Origin: Paramicrosporidium saccamoebae KSL3
Taxonomy: Eukaryota > Fungi > Cryptomycota
Direction: 5' to 3'
Assembly (NCBI GenBank): GCA_002794465.1
Contig: MTSL01000199.1
Span: 29,224-61,223, forward strand
DNA: 32,000 bases
A program made the position numbers and the translations under genes. Shown one piece after another: positions 28,571 through 32,000 of the stretch. Each line of letters starts with the position of its first letter. The stretch's first letter is position 1. A model generated the notes under the pieces. That model did not search any database, was not told the origin of the DNA, and worked only from the letters and a program-made list of their open reading frames with translations.

Positions 28571-30848
28571 TCAGGCATAGGTAACTCGCTGTTGGCTTCC
28601 AGTAGTCTTTGTGTGTCTTGGAGCAATGGTCGCTTTGTAGGTGACTAAATTACAGAGTACAATCTCGGCGGTTAGCGGGACACGATCGGCTGACGCAGGA
28701 TTCGTTCGGTTGGCATCCAATTGCGAGTCAAGCAGAATTGATTTCAAGTCTGCTGCTGTCAGTCCATCCGTATCAATCGATAGTCTCTCTACGAGCGCTG
28801 CATCTGTAGTGACTTCGTCCGGTGCAATTGACATTATAATCTCTTTCCGTCGGACGACATCTGCTGGGACGCTTACCGCAAGACGAGTGTCAATTCGGCC
28901 CGGTCTTAAGAGCGCCGGATCAATCAAGTCGGGTCTACTGGAAATGGCCAAGACAAAAACTCCCGTCCTACTCTCTGCTCCATCAAGTTCGGTGAGTAGT
29001 TGGTTGACTACTCGATCAGTGGTGCCTGTGTTGTCTCTTCCACGTCGAGGTGCCAATGCGTCAACTTCCTCCAAAATGATCAGCGAGGGACACTGAGCCC
29101 GTGCCCGTGCAAATAAATCTCTAACGGCGCGCTCACTGCTTCCCACATATTTTCCAAGCAATGATGGACCTGCCACAGTCAGAATGGCGGTACTATTCCC
29201 AAGCATTTTGGCAAACGATCGAGCCAGTAAAGACTTTCCAGATCCGCTTGGTCCGTACAAGAGAACTCCACCAGCCTGTTGGAACCCATTCTTCTTGTAA
29301 AAGTCTCCATAAACGATGGGCCATAGTAAATTCTCCTCCATGCCCCTTTTAACATCATCCAGACCTGCAACATCGTCCCACTCTGGCACTAGTACATTTG
29401 TATCTGACAATTCAGCGTCCTCCAAATCAAAGGTCATAATCTGCCGAGGTAGTAGTCCACTCGTCTTTTCTACGGCTTTCTCCAAGTTGTTACTCACAGG
29501 TGCCAGCATCTATATAAATAATCAGTCATCTCTGAGGAGGATACCAGCCGACGTAAATCCTTATCGGGTCGTTCTACATTGACAGATTTTATCCACAAAA
29601 GCGATTGGGTCACTAGCTTGTGCAGCATATTTCTTGTTTCACACACCAAAACAACAGGACAGCCGTACGACATGACATGGTCCATTCGATCCAAAATCCA
29701 CACTACCAGTTGATCTCGAAGAAATTCGTCCTCTTCTTGTAATCCATCAGGTGCCGCACCCAGCACTTCATCCACATGATCAAGACAGATGATACAGGGC
29801 GCCAGTCGGAGGGCATTACTGATGAGATTGTCAATTTTCATTTTTCGGCTTTGGAAGGACAAGTCGTGACCCAATGATCCCAGGTCAGCATAGTAGCAAG
29901 GAACTACAAACATGAACAATTGTTTCGCTGTATACTTGATGAATTTTGCATAATCTCCTTGCACAAGTACGTCTTGCCGACCATCGATTCCCCCTGAAGT
30001 ATAATTCCTCGAGTAGGGTTGACGGTCAGTAGCTTGAGAAACAATGCTTCTATCTGTTCCAAAAACGCCCATTTAAACGTCTCTACAATGTGATCAGAGT
30101 CGATGCTAACATTGCTTTCAGGCTCAGCATACTTGATATTGACCCATTGATGCTGGGCGAGTTCCAAAAGCTTCATCTGTTTGGTTGTAATGTAAATCCA
30201 TTCTGGGGAAACTCTGTCAGAAACTACACATTTTACCTGTCCTTCTACGAGCTGAATTGCTGCAACCGAGCCAATGGTCACATCTAGTGAAGCAACACTG
30301 CCAACGTGAATGTAATTGTTCTGGTCGGTCGACTCCCTAACCCTAATCCTTGTCGTGGCGCTTTTATCAGGCGGTCGTAAAACCTCCAATTGGGCATCTA
30401 GTCCAACCAGACCAACCTTCAAGGCCGGCTTTATCGATTCTACTGTCAGCTTTACCTGCTCGCCTCCAATCCAGAGGGAGAAGCTGCATCCTGGCGAGAC
30501 GATGCGGACTTGTCGGAGAAATTCTCGGTCCACCAATTCCTCTGCATGCCTCTCTAGTCTCCTGTAGCCACTCTCACCGTCTGTTGAAATTGTTAGTTGC
30601 AGCACCGGGTCCGCATCAAGAATGGACATTATATATTCACCGGCCGGCAATGCAGAACTCTGCAGACCCTGATGCAAAATTGGAGAGGGGACCAGCCAGG
30701 CAGGATACGACTTTGCATCATCCACACATTGCAATTGCACGCAGACACCCTCATCCGTCAAAGAGTATTGTTTGTATATTTCCAAGGGGGCGTGTACAAA
30801 AGTGTCCCTAAACCGGGCATTCCATGCCACTTTGACTCGGACTGGCAT
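28571..30848 (-). CDS. PEX1: Peroxisomal AAA+ ATPase Pex1, ~736 aa, 2 introns
   Basis: N-domain FRDTFVHAPL...YPAW; degenerate D1 (GESMVGKT, CLDHVD); D2 WDDVAGL...GVLLYGPSGSGKS, GPSLLGKYVGSSE, APRRGRDNTGTTDRVVNQLLTELDGAE, RPDLIDPALLRPGRID; C-terminal QRVTYA as in Pex1. Introns 29904-29935 and 29510-29544. Confidence 0.92.
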
Positions 30849-30860
30849 GACACTTTGCTC

Positions 30861-30874
30861 CAATTGGCCAATTG
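30861..30874. promoter_or_regulatory. Perfect 14-bp palindrome CAATTGGCCAATTG (CCAAT on both strands) 12 bp upstream of the PEX1 ATG
   Basis: Self-complementary sequence read directly. Confidence 0.55.
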
Positions 30875-30993
30875 TTTTATTGACTCATGGGGGCAGGTGG
30901 AGATTTGATCCGTAGTTGTGGTAAAGCACCTTTATCCTGTTCCATAGATTGCGTATACCATGGATCAGACCTCCAATCTTTTATTTCTCATGC

Positions 30994-31049
30994 CCGATAC
31001 CCGATACCCCATACCCTATATCATATATCATATGTCATATGTCATAGAT
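30994..31049. repeat. Eight-unit drifting heptamer array
   Basis: ccgatac ccgatac cccatac cctatat catatat catatgt catatgt catagat. Confidence 0.85.
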
Positions 31050-31062
31050 CTACTCATTCACA

Positions 31063-32000
31063 TTATTGTACAATGTCCACCAATTCCAACAACAAGGCCA
31101 ACTCTGTCTCTGCTTCTCCCAAAGAGTCGACATTCTGTGCCCTCAGCAGTACCTTTTCAACTGTCTCTCTCGGTGTGGCTGGTCCCGCCACCATACGCAC
31201 AAGCAACTCACGCACAGCATCTCCGTCATGAGAGTCCCTTTGAAACAATTTCCGACGAACTGAGGCGCGGAGTGCCGGACGTTGTGGGGCACTTGCAAGG
31301 CGAAGAGTGAGGAGGACAATATTCCTGACCAGACGGAGCAGTCCCTCACTGTCAGTCGTGTTGAGGTCGCGAGTCCGTCGAAGATCAAATAGTCGCTCAT
31401 AGCACCTTAGGGCTTGATGTAAATGGGCAAGCACCGGCTCAGCCAAAAGATCGTCGGCAAGTAAGGCTGCCAATGGTTCCTCCTGGTTTGCTGGATTAGA
31501 ATTTTCTGCAAAGATGCGCTGCGAAAGAGATGCAATATGCTCGAGGGTTGATTCGAAGAGAGGAAGCAGTTTGGGATCTCCCTCAACAATCTTTAGATTC
31601 TCCGTAGCCCAATTCAGCGACGTTTCGTAGTCACCCATGGCTTCATTGCATCTCGATAGTCCTGATAGCAGATTGGCCATTGTTTCTGAAATAGGATCAA
31701 CCAATTTCAGAGCTTCAGTGTAAGCTTCAATGGATGCCTCATTGTTGCCAGCCATCCGTTGGGCATCGGCCAAGTCAATGAGTAGTCCCGTGCTGTATGG
31801 ATGTCTCCGACCGAGCACCTTGTATGCCGTCATGAGGGCATCGTGTCTTAGAGAAATAGCCTCGGAACGGACTGCATCGGTGGGCTCAGTGCACTTTTCC
31901 ACCAAAGCGGCCAATTTCATCCGCACCTCAATGCTCAATGGATGATGAGGTCCAAAGTGACGTTCCACCCGATGCAGAAGGGACAATTTGCTTCTTCGAA
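31063..32000 (-). CDS. C-terminal part of a TPR-repeat protein (5' end beyond the window)
   Basis: Frame is open to the window edge. FGPHHP and LGRRHP motifs with TPR-like helices (Clu1/kinesin-light-chain-type TPRs); family not firmly assigned. Confidence 0.75.
   Translation of the reverse strand, partial: RRSKLSLLHRVERHFGPHHPLSIEVRMKLAALVEKCTEPTDAVRSEAISLRHDALMTAYKVLGRRHPYSTGLLIDLADAQRMAGNNEASIEAYTEALKLVDPISETMANLLSGLSRCNEAMGDYETSLNWATENLKIVEGDPKLLPLFESTLEHIASLSQRIFAENSNPANQEEPLAALLADDLLAEPVLAHLHQALRCYERLFDLRRTRDLNTTDSEGLLRLVRNIVLLTLRLASAPQRPALRASVRRKLFQRDSHDGDAVRELLVRMVAGPATPRETVEKVLLRAQNVDSLGEAETELALLLELVDIVQ

Noticed and set aside
28641-29096. Ser/Thr-rich 151-aa plus-strand ORF and similar shadows across POM152, TRS85 and RAV1
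   Set aside because: They lie antisense or out of frame to well-supported conserved genes and show no independent motifs.
392-30848. Split ORFs as pseudogenes, frameshifts or a non-standard genetic code
   Set aside because: Each break in the named genes is explained by a GT-AG intron that restores frame and family motifs, and spliced lengths are multiples of three. No stop reassignment is needed.
1-32000. Transposons, viral genes or rRNA
   Set aside because: No transposase, reverse transcriptase, integrase, terminal repeat pair or rRNA signature was seen.

Overview
Gene-dense eukaryotic window from a compact fungal-lineage genome. POM152 is a fungal nucleoporin; the compaction and tiny introns suggest a Rozellomycota/early-microsporidian-like organism (inference, not identified). 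The ORF track is fragmented because most genes carry 29-40 nt GT-AG introns. I resolved 38 of these by hand, and every named multi-exon model sums to a whole number of codons. Gene order: CDC23(-), POM152(+), TRS85(+), PAC3-like(-), ATG1(-), VPS15-like(-), SDS22(+), RAV1(-), PEX2(-), PET100(+), COQ7(-), M14 carboxypeptidase(-), tRNA-Val(AAC)(-), unknown(+), MGMT(-), BNA1(+), TNY-type MAPK(+), a 757-aa GPI-anchored repeat surface protein(+), PEX1(-), partial TPR protein(-). PET100 and PAC3-like are missed or only partly shown by the ORF track. Most notable: (1) the intronless GPI protein with four Cys-pair modules, long flanks, 4 CCAAT boxes plus TATA and two minisatellites; (2) an ATG1/VPS15/TRS85 autophagy neighbourhood with a VPS15 lacking its WD40 domain and myristoylation Gly; (3) a Smk1-like TNY MAPK; (4) unusual 3' splice-site choices. 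No mobile element, rRNA or CRISPR is supported.
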